Source of the DNA: Chloroflexota bacterium
Lineage (GTDB): Bacteria; Chloroflexota; UBA11872; VXOZ01
Assembly: GCA_012270555.1 (NCBI GenBank)
Contig: JAAXIC010000030.1
Coordinates: 18,097 to 82,096, forward strand
Direction: 5' to 3'
DNA length: 64,000 bases
The translations under genes were made by a program, and so were the position numbers. Positions 35,907-45,967 of the stretch are shown here, one piece after another. Numbering within the stretch: the stretch's first letter is position 1; each line of letters opens with the position of its first letter. The notes beneath the pieces are model-generated. The model was not told the origin of the DNA and did no database searches. It saw only the letters and a list, made by a program, of their open reading frames with translations.

Positions 35907-38341
35907 GAGAGTTCGCTCTCTACACGCCAGAACTCGGCCACACGTTTGGCAAGACCGGCGTGCTGAGGCTGACGCAGCGTAGGATCACCATCAAACAGCC
36001 TCTGGGCCTCTTTCCGGGCCAGTTCCAGAGTCGAAAGATCGGAGAGTTTCGCCACCTTGAGCGCGGGCAGCCCGGCCTGGCGCGTGCCAAAGAACTCACC
36101 TGGACCACGCAGCATCAGGTCCTTTTCGGCCAGCGCAAAGCCATCGCGCTGCTCCTCGAGGATGCGCAAGCGTTCGTTTTCCGCCGCGTTCGCCGAATCC
36201 GATAAGAGCAGGCAGTACGATTTGTGCTCGCCGCGACCAACCCGACCCCGGAACTGGTGAAGCTGCGCCAAGCCGAAGCGCTCGGCGCTCTCAATCATCA
36301 TAACCGTTGCATTGGGCACGTCAATGCCGACCTCCACAACCGGCGTACTGACCAAGATGTCGGTCTCGCCCGCCGCAAAGGCGCGCATGACCTTCTCTTT
36401 CTGCCTGCTCGTGAGACGTCCGTGGAGCAAGTCTACCTTCAATTGCGGGAAGACTTCCTTCTGTAAGCGATTGAACTCGCTCTTGGCGGCGCGTACCTCC
36501 AGCGTCTCGGACTCTTCGATAAGTGGGAAGATGATGAAGGCTTGACGTCCTTCCCCAATCTGTTTCGCGACAAAAGCATACGCCTGTGCGCGCTTTTCCG
36601 CCGGTACCCAGCGGGTCGTAATCGGCAGTCGTCCCGTCGGCATCTCGCGTATTACGGAGACGTCCAGATCACCGTAGAGCGTGAGCGCCAACGAGCGCGG
36701 TATCGGCGTCGCCGTCATAACCAGCACGTGCGGATTGCGTCCCTTCCGCCGCAAGACTGCGCGCTGCCGCACGCCGAAACGATGCTGTTCGTCCACGACG
36801 GCCAGACCTAAGTCGGCAAACATCACGTCATCCTGAATTACAGCGTGCGTGCCCACCAAAAGGTCAAGGCCGCCTGCCTCTAGGTCAGCCAGAATCGTCC
36901 GGCGTACACTCTTGCGCGTGCTGCCGGTCAGCAAAGCGCAGCGGATTCCAAATGGATTGAGAAAGCTCTGGAACGTGCGAATGTGTTGTTCCGCCAAGAC
37001 CTCCGTCGGCGCCATGATGACGGTCTGGAGGCCGCGCTTTGCCATTTGCAGCGCCACCGCCGCCGCGACGACCGTCTTGCCGGCGCCCACGTCACCTTGC
37101 AGCAAGCGGTTCATGGCGGCCGGTTTACCCACGTCGCTCAGGATCTCAGTAAGCGCCTGTTGCTGGTCATTCGTAAGTGCAAAAGGAAGCGATTCAAGAA
37201 ACCCTCGCGTTGTCTCAGGGTTCACCTCGACCGGAATGCCGGGCTGATCGAGCTGCCACTCCCGACGCCGCAGCAGCGTGCCAAGCTGAATGCAGAAGAA
37301 TTCGTCGAAAGCCAGGCGGTGGACGGCGCGCCGGAGATGCTCCGCGCTTTCCGGAAAGTGCATGTGGCGCAGGGCCTCTTGCGCGCCCATCAGGGAGTTT
37401 CGCTCCAGGATATCGTTCGGCACCACCTCTGCCACTGCGTGGAGGGCCATGTCGAGTGCGGAGTGGACCCACCGGCGCATCCATTTGGCTGAGAGGTTGG
37501 ATGTCAACGGATACACCGGCACCAGACGCCCCACGTGCAAGCCTTGCTCGGGACTTTCGGCGAATTCATACTCCGGAGAGCGCAATTCCAGCCCGGAGCG
37601 GCCGATCTCCACTTTGCCTGCCACCGTCACACGACGCTTGTTGGTCAGGCTTTGCCGCAGGAACGGTTGATTAAACCAGACGGCCTTGATATACCCGGTC
37701 TTGTCCGCCAGGGCAGTTTCGGTGATGACCATGCGGCCCTGGGTAACGCGCCGATTCTCCACCTGCATCACGTTGGCGACGATCGTGGCCTCTTCGCCTG
37801 GCTTGAGATCAGCGATTTTCTTGATGCTGCTGCGGTCGATGTGCCGGTGCGGGAAGTGCTGAATCAGATCACCGAGAGTAGAGAGGCCGAGTTTTTCGAG
37901 GCGCTTGGCGTCCTCAGCCTTCAACATGGGCACGGCAGTAAGAGGGGAACCAAGACCGGCTTTCGGCCCGGCGGCACGCCGCTTGCGCGTGCGTGCAGGC
38001 TTTTTTGCTGCCTTTGCGGGTGGTGCATTCGCAGCGCGGCGGGGTGCACCGTTTTGCGGGGAAGAAGCGGCATCCGCTTGCCCGTCGAGGAGTCTTAAGG
38101 CTTTCTCTATCCGCGCGGCTCTAGCGGACGGTTCGAGTGCGTTATAGCCCTGTAGCACACCACCGACTGTAGCCAGGTTCTGAGCGTCCCTACTTGGATT
38201 GGTAGCGCCCTCTGCCTGCCAGTTCGCAAGCAGACGCTCCAGTCCGCCGATTACCGCGCCGTCGTCATATCCCCGCCGCACCTCTTGCTCAAGAATACGG
38301 TGCAAGGTCTCGTTACGGTCGCGCGGTTCGGGGCGGGGCAT
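35903..38341 (-). CDS. recG: ATP-dependent DNA helicase RecG with an N-terminal extension of about 135 aa
   Basis: 812 aa. Helix-hairpin LGLSTLGDLIQHFPHRHIDRS, wedge domain, helicase motifs (GDVGAGKT, DEQHRFG). The extension contains a basic Ala/Pro/Lys-rich tract PAKAAKKPARTRKRRAAGPKAG. Confidence 0.9.
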   Translation of the reverse strand: MPRPEPRDRNETLHRILEQEVRRGYDDGAVIGGLERLLANWQAEGATNPSRDAQNLATVGGVLQGYNALEPSARAARIEKALRLLDGQADAASSPQNGAPRRAANAPPAKAAKKPARTRKRRAAGPKAGLGSPLTAVPMLKAEDAKRLEKLGLSTLGDLIQHFPHRHIDRSSIKKIADLKPGEEATIVANVMQVENRRVTQGRMVITETALADKTGYIKAVWFNQPFLRQSLTNKRRVTVAGKVEIGRSGLELRSPEYEFAESPEQGLHVGRLVPVYPLTSNLSAKWMRRWVHSALDMALHAVAEVVPNDILERNSLMGAQEALRHMHFPESAEHLRRAVHRLAFDEFFCIQLGTLLRRREWQLDQPGIPVEVNPETTRGFLESLPFALTNDQQQALTEILSDVGKPAAMNRLLQGDVGAGKTVVAAAVALQMAKRGLQTVIMAPTEVLAEQHIRTFQSFLNPFGIRCALLTGSTRKSVRRTILADLEAGGLDLLVGTHAVIQDDVMFADLGLAVVDEQHRFGVRQRAVLRRKGRNPHVLVMTATPIPRSLALTLYGDLDVSVIREMPTGRLPITTRWVPAEKRAQAYAFVAKQIGEGRQAFIIFPLIEESETLEVRAAKSEFNRLQKEVFPQLKVDLLHGRLTSRQKEKVMRAFAAGETDILVSTPVVEVGIDVPNATVMMIESAERFGLAQLHQFRGRVGRGEHKSYCLLLSDSANAAENERLRILEEQRDGFALAEKDLMLRGPGEFFGTRQAGLPALKVAKLSDLSTLELARKEAQRLFDGDPTLRQPQHAGLAKRVAEFWRVESELS

Positions 38342-38347
38342 AGCGCC

Positions 38348-40144
38348 TCATTCAAGAGTCAGCAGGTAGGGATAGTGCGGCTGGCCGCCGTAGATGACCT
38401 CGATTTCAAGTTCCGGGAATGTCGCTTGCACTTGCTCAACGAGAGTCTGCGCCTCGTCCTCCGACACATCGACCCCAAAGTAGCAACTCAGCAGCTCTGA
38501 CGAGTCCGCTCCCATGCGCGTGACCGCCGCCAGCAGAGCGGACTCCAACTCATCCTCCGCGGCGCATACGTGACCCTGCGCCAAAGCGAGCCATTGCCCT
38601 TGCAAGACGTGCACGCCGTCCACCGTGGCGTCGCGGGTGGCCAAGGTAATTGAGCCGTACCGCATGCTCTCTGCCGCGTCTCGCATTGCCGCATCGTTCT
38701 CGCTGGGGTCGCTTTCCTCTTGAAACGCGAAGAGCGCCCCAATCCCCTGCGCCATTGAGTACGTCGGCAGTACGTGGATATCACACTCCGCCAAGTCCCG
38801 CGTCTGCTCCGCGGAGAGAATGACGTTCTTGTCATTCGGCAGGATAAACACATGATTGGCGTTGGCAGCCACAATCGCCGCGTGGATTTCCTGGGTGCTG
38901 GGATTCATGGTGGGGCCGCCGCTCACCACTCTTGCGCCCATCTGTTCATAAATATCCTTGAGCCCCTCACCATCTGCCACAGCGACGACACACTGTTCAC
39001 GGGTCTCAACGGGAGCCTCCGGCAGAGCGACTTCTATGCCCGGCAGATCTCCATCGGCAAGAGCCGACTGCGCCCGCTCGTACTGATCGTCCATGTTGAA
39101 GATCTCAATGCGGTGCAGATTGCCCGCTTCCCGCGCGAGATCAAGTACGGCGCCGGGATTCTCCGTGTGCACGTGGACCCGCACCAAGTCTTCATCCCCC
39201 ACGACGACAACCGAGTCGCCGCGCTCAGCGACGGCGTGGCGCATCTCCATGACGTCAAGACCTGTCCCGCTCACCAAGAATCCCGTGCAGTAGCCGTACA
39301 GGGTCTCCGTAACCACGGCGATCTCCGGCAGCAAGGCCCGTTCGCTGGTGGGTAACTCCACCTGCTCCACAGATTCGCCGGATACATAGCGGCGCGCGCC
39401 TTCCACGAGCAGCCACAACGCCTGTCCGCCGGCATCCACCACACCGGCCTCCCGCAATACAGCCAGCAACTGGGGCGTACGGGCAACCGACCGTTCTGCG
39501 GCAGCCACCGCCGTCGCCAGGACATCCTGCATCTCAGCATCCGCTGGCAGTGCTTCGCACGCCTCTGCGGTGTCTCGCGACACCGTCAGCATCGTGCCTT
39601 CTGCCGGTTCCTGCAGTGCCGCATAGGCGGAGTCCGCTGCTGAGCGCAACGCGCGTACCAAGCCTGAAACCCTAATTGTCTCCGCACCCGCGAGCGCATC
39701 CGCAATCCCACGCAAGCACTGCGAGAAGATGACGCCGGAGTTGCCGCGCGCGCCCATCAAGGCGCCACGGTAAATCGCTTGGGCTACATCGCCGGCATGC
39801 GTGCTCTCGGCCTGGTTTCCCGCCTGCAGGGCCGCTTCCAAAGTGAGCAGCATGTTCGTGCCGGTATCGCCGTCGGGCACCGGGAAGACGTTGAGCCGGT
39901 TAATCTCCTCTTTGTTAGCCGCGAGGAGATGATAGCCGTACTCCAACGCCCCCATGAGACTGCGCCCATCGCAGCCTGATAGAGTCTCTTCTTGAACTTC
40001 TCGTCCGTCCTGAATGTCATCCACCGTGTTTGCGAACCTCTCCTTCGACCAAGGGGCGCTCGTTCCCTTCAGCGTGAGTAGAGAACTTTCGCACCCTCTA
40101 CCTTTCATTCTGCCATTGCGTCCGTTCACAAGCCCGGTTGACAC
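38348..40144 (-). CDS. DAK2-domain fusion protein, YloV family
   Basis: LNVFPVPDGDTGTNM DAK2 signature. GTG start per the ORF track; the true start may be an internal Met at about 39955. Confidence 0.8.
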   Translation of the reverse strand: MSTGLVNGRNGRMKGRGCESSLLTLKGTSAPWSKERFANTVDDIQDGREVQEETLSGCDGRSLMGALEYGYHLLAANKEEINRLNVFPVPDGDTGTNMLLTLEAALQAGNQAESTHAGDVAQAIYRGALMGARGNSGVIFSQCLRGIADALAGAETIRVSGLVRALRSAADSAYAALQEPAEGTMLTVSRDTAEACEALPADAEMQDVLATAVAAAERSVARTPQLLAVLREAGVVDAGGQALWLLVEGARRYVSGESVEQVELPTSERALLPEIAVVTETLYGYCTGFLVSGTGLDVMEMRHAVAERGDSVVVVGDEDLVRVHVHTENPGAVLDLAREAGNLHRIEIFNMDDQYERAQSALADGDLPGIEVALPEAPVETREQCVVAVADGEGLKDIYEQMGARVVSGGPTMNPSTQEIHAAIVAANANHVFILPNDKNVILSAEQTRDLAECDIHVLPTYSMAQGIGALFAFQEESDPSENDAAMRDAAESMRYGSITLATRDATVDGVHVLQGQWLALAQGHVCAAEDELESALLAAVTRMGADSSELLSCYFGVDVSEDEAQTLVEQVQATFPELEIEVIYGGQPHYPYLLTLE

Positions 40145-40303
40145 GAGGCAATGGGAACACCGTAAATATCAAGCGATACGTAGTATTGAGCACACGGCCA
40201 AATCTATGCTAACATTGAGGCTTGGTGATACGCTCATCATAGCGACAGATTGAACGCATGGTCAAGATTGGCACGAACGAACGCTAGGACTGAGGAAGAT
40301 TTC

Positions 40304-40516
40304 ATGGCAGTTTGCGAAATGTGTGGCAAGGGCGCGCAAGTCGGCCACAATATCCAGCATCAGGCCTCCGGCCAGTGGCGCTACCGGGCGCCGAAGACCC
40401 GCAAAGTGTGGAAGGCCAACGTGCAGAAAGTGCGCCTGCTCGTGGAAGGTCAGCTCAAGAAGGTAAACATCTGCACGCGCTGCCTCCGCACCCAGGCGAA
40501 GTCCACCGCGGTCTAG
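40304..40516 (+). CDS. rpmB: 50S ribosomal protein L28
   Basis: 70 aa MAVCEMCGKGAQVGHNIQH...RYRAPKTRKVWKANVQKV, GAGGAAG RBS. Candidate promoter TTGACA (40138-40143) and TAAATA (40163-40168). Confidence 0.85.
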   Translation: MAVCEMCGKGAQVGHNIQHQASGQWRYRAPKTRKVWKANVQKVRLLVEGQLKKVNICTRCLRTQAKSTAV

Positions 40517-40562
40517 TCTCGAACACGCGTGCGAAATAACCAAGAGTCCGAAAGAAAAGTCA

Positions 40563-40612
40563 GTATCCGTTCGTCCTGAGCCTGTCGAAGGATGAACGGA
40601 TACGTTTCTATT
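40563..40612 (+). terminator. Hairpin GTATCCGTTC...GAACGGATAC followed by GTTTCTATT; candidate rpmB terminator
   Basis: Read directly 47 nt after the rpmB stop. The loop is long, so confidence is moderate. Confidence 0.4.
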
Positions 40613-40824
40613 GCTCCTGAAGTCAAGCAGTTCGTTGGCGAATTCATAAAAAAAGCGGGGCCATATGCATGGCAAATTCTCGCTTACTCCCAAGACACTA
40701 TTCACGGTACTATCTCATCTTTGGGATGCAGGGATTTGACCACGTAACCGGCTCCAAAGGCATTACTGCCATTAAGCCCAGCCATCAAGCGAGAGTGCCA
40801 ACATGCGTCAAGTAGCTGCCCATC

Positions 40825-41295
40825 TCACACTGAGGCGCTATCCTCAGATTGTCTTGCCACATCTCGTTCATAGATCGTGCCCAGCACGCCGTTGATGAAA
40901 CGGGGAGCGTTGTCCGAAGCGTAGGTCTTGGCCAGTTCCACCGCTTCGTTGATGACAACTTTCGGTGGAACCTCGGGGACAAAGAAGAGCTCGTATACCG
41001 CGAGGCGCATGATGGCCTTATCCACGTGCGCCATCTGGCCCATGGGCCACATTGGCGCGGCTTGCCGTATCTTTTCATCGATCATGGCTTGGTGGCTGCG
41101 GACGCCGTCAACGAGGTTTTGCAAGAGTTCGCGGGCATCAGCCTTGATGTCCGCCATGCAAGACACCCGCTCCAGCACGACTTCCGGCAGATCATCGGAC
41201 ACGTCAAGCGCGAAGAGCACTTGCATCGCCGCTACGCGCGCGTGGTGACGCGGGTGAATGCGCCCTTTGGATATCTTGGCAGGACTGGCTGTCAT
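40825..41295 (-). CDS. nusB: Transcription antitermination factor NusB
   Basis: 156 aa; HARVAAMQVLFALDV...NGVLGTIYE. Confidence 0.9.
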   Translation of the reverse strand: MTASPAKISKGRIHPRHHARVAAMQVLFALDVSDDLPEVVLERVSCMADIKADARELLQNLVDGVRSHQAMIDEKIRQAAPMWPMGQMAHVDKAIMRLAVYELFFVPEVPPKVVINEAVELAKTYASDNAPRFINGVLGTIYERDVARQSEDSASV

Positions 41296-41415
41296 CCGGT
41301 GTACCTTGTCGTGATTGCAGTCAACCGCCGTCTCACAGTAGGTAGCGGCGAAGGAACTGATCGTCGTAACGTATGCCTCTGCGCCGCCCGCCTTGGGACA
41401 ACCTCATGGCACAGC

Positions 41416-42750
41416 TCAGACGATGTTGGGCAGGTTCGCGTCAAAGCTGCCCTCGCGAAAGCTCTGCGCGCGGAGGATTTTTCTGTGGAAGTCAAGATTG
41501 GTTTTCACGCCGTCGATGACGCATTCGTCAAGCGCCCGGAGCATGCGGTCTATGGCCTCAGTACGGCCGGGCGCCCACGCGATGACCTTGGCGATCAGTG
41601 AGTCGTAGTGCGGCGGGACGACGTATCCGCTGTAGAGGTGCGAATCGACGCGGATACCGGGGCCGCCCGGTGCAAGGAAATTCGACACTTCTCCGCTCTC
41701 CGGTCGAAAGTCATGCTCGGGGTCTTCGGACGTAAGCCGGCACTCGATAGCGTGTCCGCGGAAGTCGACATCTTCTTGTTGGAAACCAAGTGATTCTCCA
41801 GCCGCAATCCGGATTTGCTCTTGCACTATATCGATGCCGGTGGTCTCTTCCGAAACGGTGTGCTCCACCTGCAGGCGACAGTTTATCTCCATGAAGTAGA
41901 AGTTCAACGCAGCATCTACCAGGAACTCCACCGTGCCCGCCGACGTATACCCTACCGCATTGACGCCTTGCAGCGCAGCCGCGCCGATAGCCTCCCGTGC
42001 CGCGGGATCGAGCACGGGAGACGGCGACTCTTCGATGAGCTTCTGGTACCGCCGCTGAATGCTGCAGTCGCGCTCGCCCAATTGCACCGCGTTGCCTTGA
42101 TTATCTCTCAGAATCTGCACCTCGATATGGCGGGCGGGCGAGATGTACTTCTCCAGGTAGAGCCGGGAATTGCCAAACGACGCCTGGGCCTCCGCCTGGG
42201 CCACCGGAAACGCGACCACCATTTCCTCCTCATCGCCCACGAAGCGAATGCCGCGTCCCCCGCCTCCGCCGGCCGCTTTGAGCACCACCGGGTACTCTAT
42301 GGCATCGGCAACCTCGAGAGCATCCGCCACGTTCCTGACCGGCGAGTCTGGACCCGGGATTACCGCGAGACCCGCTGTGCGCATCGCCGCCTTGGCGTTC
42401 GTCTTATCCCCCATGGCATAGATGACATCCGGACCGGGACCGATAAAGGTAATGCCGTACTTCTCGCAGATTTCGGCAAAGTACGTGTCTTCCGCCAAGA
42501 ACCCAATCCCAGGATGAATAGCCTCGGCGCCCGTGATGAAAGCGGCGCTGATGATGTTCGGCACGTTCAGGTAGGACTTGCTCGCTGGCGCGGGGCCGAT
42601 GCACACGGCTTCATCGGCAAGATGGACCGGCAATGAATCCCGGTCCGCATCCGCATAGGCAACGACCGTCGCGATCCCTAGCTCGCGACAGGCCCGGATC
42701 ACCCGTAAGGCTGTCTCGCCTCGATTGGCAATGAGGATCTTCTGAAACAC
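41416..42750 (-). CDS. accC: Acetyl-CoA carboxylase biotin carboxylase subunit
   Basis: 444 aa MFQKILIANRGETALRVIRACRELGI..., ATP-grasp motifs. No accB gene adjacent. Confidence 0.9.
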   Translation of the reverse strand: MFQKILIANRGETALRVIRACRELGIATVVAYADADRDSLPVHLADEAVCIGPAPASKSYLNVPNIISAAFITGAEAIHPGIGFLAEDTYFAEICEKYGITFIGPGPDVIYAMGDKTNAKAAMRTAGLAVIPGPDSPVRNVADALEVADAIEYPVVLKAAGGGGGRGIRFVGDEEEMVVAFPVAQAEAQASFGNSRLYLEKYISPARHIEVQILRDNQGNAVQLGERDCSIQRRYQKLIEESPSPVLDPAAREAIGAAALQGVNAVGYTSAGTVEFLVDAALNFYFMEINCRLQVEHTVSEETTGIDIVQEQIRIAAGESLGFQQEDVDFRGHAIECRLTSEDPEHDFRPESGEVSNFLAPGGPGIRVDSHLYSGYVVPPHYDSLIAKVIAWAPGRTEAIDRMLRALDECVIDGVKTNLDFHRKILRAQSFREGSFDANLPNIV

Positions 42751-42891
42751 CGCATCTACCTAATAGTCATTGACAAGAACAGCCTCGGGGACTTCCACCC
42801 TCAAGCACACCCACGGACTTTCTAACCACAACTGATCCCGTTGCTCCCAATATTTTCCACAGGCACGGCGCAAAAGGCTTTGCGCGCGTCA

Positions 42892-43632
42892 TTAGTACAT
42901 CATAATGCCGCCGTCAACGATCAAGATTTGACCGGTTATGTACGAGGCATCCTCGGAAGCCAGAAAGGCCACCGTGGACGCGAGTTCATGGGGTTCGCCG
43001 TAGCGGCCGAGGGGAATGATCCTGAGAATAGTCTCAACCATTTCCGCAGGGATCGTGTCCGTCATAGGACCACCGAAATAGCCCGGCGCAACGCAGTTTG
43101 CGGTCACGTTTCGCGGCGCCACCTCGCGAGCCAGCGAGCGCGTAAATCCCCAAAGGCCGGACTTGGAGGCGGAATAGTTCGCTTGCCCCGGCGCACCCAT
43201 GAACCCGCCAATTGAAGACACATTGACAATGCGGCCGTACCGTGCCCGCAGCATATTGCGCACAACTGCTTTGCTGCAAAGAAACGCCGACTTCAAGTTC
43301 GTATCCACCACCGCATCCCAGTCAGCTTCAGACATCCGCACGAATAACGTATCGCGCGTGATACCGGCGTTGTTGACGAGTATATCGATCTTACCCCACG
43401 CAGCGTGAATGCTCTTCACCATCTCATCGATTTCCGCCGCATTCGTCACGTCCGCCTGGATAGCGCTGGCGCTACCACCCTGGGCGACAATTTCCGCGAC
43501 GACTCGCTCAGCCGCTTCCGCGCCACTGTGGTAGTGCACGAATACGTGGGCGCCCTCTTTGCCTAGCCGCGCGCAAATGGCCGCGCCTAAGTGCCCCGAC
43601 CCACCAGTGACCAGCGCAACCTGCCCCTTCAT
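42892..43632 (-). CDS. fabG: 3-oxoacyl-[acyl-carrier-protein] reductase
   Basis: 246 aa, VALVTGGSGHLGAAI, NNAGITRD, YSASKSG (short-chain dehydrogenase catalytic tetrad). Confidence 0.85.
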   Translation of the reverse strand: MKGQVALVTGGSGHLGAAICARLGKEGAHVFVHYHSGAEAAERVVAEIVAQGGSASAIQADVTNAAEIDEMVKSIHAAWGKIDILVNNAGITRDTLFVRMSEADWDAVVDTNLKSAFLCSKAVVRNMLRARYGRIVNVSSIGGFMGAPGQANYSASKSGLWGFTRSLAREVAPRNVTANCVAPGYFGGPMTDTIPAEMVETILRIIPLGRYGEPHELASTVAFLASEDASYITGQILIVDGGIMMY

Positions 43633-43779
43633 TTTTTTCCCTTCAAGTGGTAATTCTGCTGCCAGTCAGATTCAGCGGCCTGCTTGGAGCCGTTCAAAGC
43701 AATCTCCACTGGCCAACTCGTTGGTCCGATCTCGGCCTGAGTCGGGCTCCCAGCACCGCAGCACAGGTTTTTTTCGCAT

Positions 43780-44763
43780 CTAATCGTATGCGCCCGCATC
43801 AGCCAATTGCCGGACTGCTCGCGGTGAGTGGACTGATACCGCTGTAGTTGCCGGCGCAATGCGCTCAATCATCCTCGTGAGTACGGCTCCCGGCCCAAGC
43901 TCAAGGATTGGATCAAGATTTCTCCGCAGGAGCATATCGATCGTTGCTGCCCAGCGAACGGGAGAAGTGAGTTGCACGCTCAGTTCATGTCGCAAGGCAT
44001 CAACTGTAGTCAAGAGGTTGGCGGACACATTTGCCACTATCGGAATATCCGGCGGCACGAGCGGGGCTGCCTCCACGGCTGCTCTCCACTCATCTTGCAC
44101 GGATGCCATAGCCTTGGTGTGAAACGCTCCGCGAACCCTCAGCGGGATTAGAAAAGGCGCTCCATGCTCCTTGAGCATAGCTACGGCCCTGGCCAGGCCT
44201 GCCTTTTCTCCTGCTATCACGACCTGTTGCGGAGTATTGAAGGAAGCGATGCCGACAACGCTCTCGGAGTCCGCGCTGCGAGCCCGCGCGCAGAGTTGCA
44301 TGACAACCTGCGGCGAAACGCCAATCACCGCTGTCATTCCACCTGGAACGTCCTCAACGGCCCGTTGCATGAGAGCGCTACGGGTCTGCACCAAGCGTAG
44401 GCCATCCTCGAATCCGATGGCCCCCGCAGCAACAAGTGCCGTGAATTCTCCAATACTATGGCCAGCGATGAGCGAAGGTTGCAGGGCTCTTGGCAAATCG
44501 GAGACTGCAGTGACGCCACAAACCTCCAAGTATGCAGCCAGGAAAGCCACGCTCGCCGTGAATATTGCAGGCTGTGCGTTGCGAGTTTCAGTGAGTGTAT
44601 TCAGGGGGCCTGCAAAGCTGAGTGTACTAATTTCCATACCGAGAATAGAATCCGCGGCGGCGTACACACGCTGCGCGGCAGGCGAGTGCTCAGCTATGTC
44701 CGCGCCCATGCCGACACGTTGCACGCCCTGCCCCGGAAAGATGAACCCTCTACTTTTCACCAC
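43780..44763 (-). CDS. fabD: Malonyl-CoA:ACP transacylase
   Basis: 327 aa, FIFPGQGVQRVGMG, GHSIGEFTALVAAGA. Confidence 0.9.
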   Translation of the reverse strand: MVKSRGFIFPGQGVQRVGMGADIAEHSPAAQRVYAAADSILGMEISTLSFAGPLNTLTETRNAQPAIFTASVAFLAAYLEVCGVTAVSDLPRALQPSLIAGHSIGEFTALVAAGAIGFEDGLRLVQTRSALMQRAVEDVPGGMTAVIGVSPQVVMQLCARARSADSESVVGIASFNTPQQVVIAGEKAGLARAVAMLKEHGAPFLIPLRVRGAFHTKAMASVQDEWRAAVEAAPLVPPDIPIVANVSANLLTTVDALRHELSVQLTSPVRWAATIDMLLRRNLDPILELGPGAVLTRMIERIAPATTAVSVHSPRAVRQLADAGAYD

Positions 44764-45127
44764 CCCACTCCCTGCTGGGACGAATCTCTCGCAGTAGGAC
44801 TATTATCCGGACCAAAGATCTCACGACCACTTTCGCCACCGCAAACTCATCCTCGGATGCTGTATCGCTTTTCACCGTGGCCCACTCTTCTCTGTGACAC
44901 GTACGCAATCGCCAAGCGCGCTGAAATAAGAGTTCGCCCTAGACTCCAAGGTAGGATACCAATCGCAAGCAGGAGTTGCCATTCACTCGATTGATCTCGA
45001 ACCTGGAATGAGAGAACATCCAGGAATCTATGCGCCATGGCGAGGATAACACAAGGCGCGCCGGGGAGAGCACGCTGCCGCGTGGCTGCCATAGGTTCCT
45101 GACCGGCCTTCAAACACAACGTAGAAA

Positions 45128-45149
45128 CGCATGCAAGAAGGTGCATGCG
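45128..45149 (-). terminator. Hairpin CGCATGC-(8 nt)-GCATGCG with a U-rich tract downstream on the minus strand; candidate rpmF terminator
   Basis: Read directly, about 33 nt after the rpmF stop. The minus-strand downstream sequence is UUUCUACGUUGUGUUUG. Confidence 0.4.
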
Positions 45150-45181
45150 ACGTTGCGACTGGCATCTGTAAAGGGATTGCC

Positions 45182-45379
45182 TTAGGACCCTGGAGTCTCG
45201 ATCTCCAACACTTCCTGGCCGCGGTAGTAGCCGCAAAACGAGCAAACGGTATGGGAAGGCACCGGTTGGCGGCACCTGGGACACGCCACCAAGTGTACGC
45301 TCAAATTATGCAAATGCGAGCGTCGCTTGCCCTGCCGCGAACGTGAAATTTTCTTCTTCGGTTGTGCGCCCATTGTCAC
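45182..45379 (-). CDS. rpmF: 50S ribosomal protein L32
   Basis: GAQPKKKISRSRQGKRRSH...CPRCRQPVPSHTVCSFCGYY zinc ribbon. Confidence 0.85.
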   Translation of the reverse strand: MTMGAQPKKKISRSRQGKRRSHLHNLSVHLVACPRCRQPVPSHTVCSFCGYYRGQEVLEIETPGS

Positions 45380-45403
45380 CTCACATCTATCATAGATCTA
45401 GCT

Positions 45404-45958
45404 TCAGGCCGTTCGCTCCCGCTCCATCTGCCGCAGCATCTCTTGAATTGGCGCCATCCTAATGTCCGGCGTCTCTTCCACGCACGTGCAGAGACTGCTG
45501 TTACGGTCGGCGCCGCATTCCGGGCAAATGCCAAGGCATTCCGGCTGGCAGCGGGGCATGAGCGGTTGACTTATTTCAATGTGTTGCCGCACGGCATCAC
45601 TGAGGTCGAACTGATCGACGTTTTCAATTAAGAACTCAGGATCGATGTCATCGTACTCTAAACGCAGCGCCATTCCCGTCGCCAGATCGACAAGCGGATA
45701 GTACATTTCCTCAAACTGCACGAGCACGTCTGCAGCGAAGGCATCCAGACACCGACAGCACGTTAACTCGATCGCTGCCTGGAGATCGCTTCTAACGACG
45801 ATACCTTTTCCAGCGCGGACTAACTCAATTGCGCCTTCAATTGGAGCGACAAGCGAGATTCCATCCCAACGCGGCAGGAATCCTTTAATCTCGAGGCGAC
45901 GCGACGTGCCTGACGTCTCTTGCAGCAGCCCGGCCACGTTTAGGGCCAGCCTATCCAT
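45404..45958 (-). CDS. yceD: YceD/DUF177 family protein (large-subunit rRNA accumulation protein)
   Basis: 184 aa with C-terminal CxxC...CxxC (CQPECLGICPECG) and a position immediately upstream of rpmF. Confidence 0.8.
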   Translation of the reverse strand: MDRLALNVAGLLQETSGTSRRLEIKGFLPRWDGISLVAPIEGAIELVRAGKGIVVRSDLQAAIELTCCRCLDAFAADVLVQFEEMYYPLVDLATGMALRLEYDDIDPEFLIENVDQFDLSDAVRQHIEISQPLMPRCQPECLGICPECGADRNSSLCTCVEETPDIRMAPIQEMLRQMERERTA

Positions 45959-45967
45959 GATTCTATC

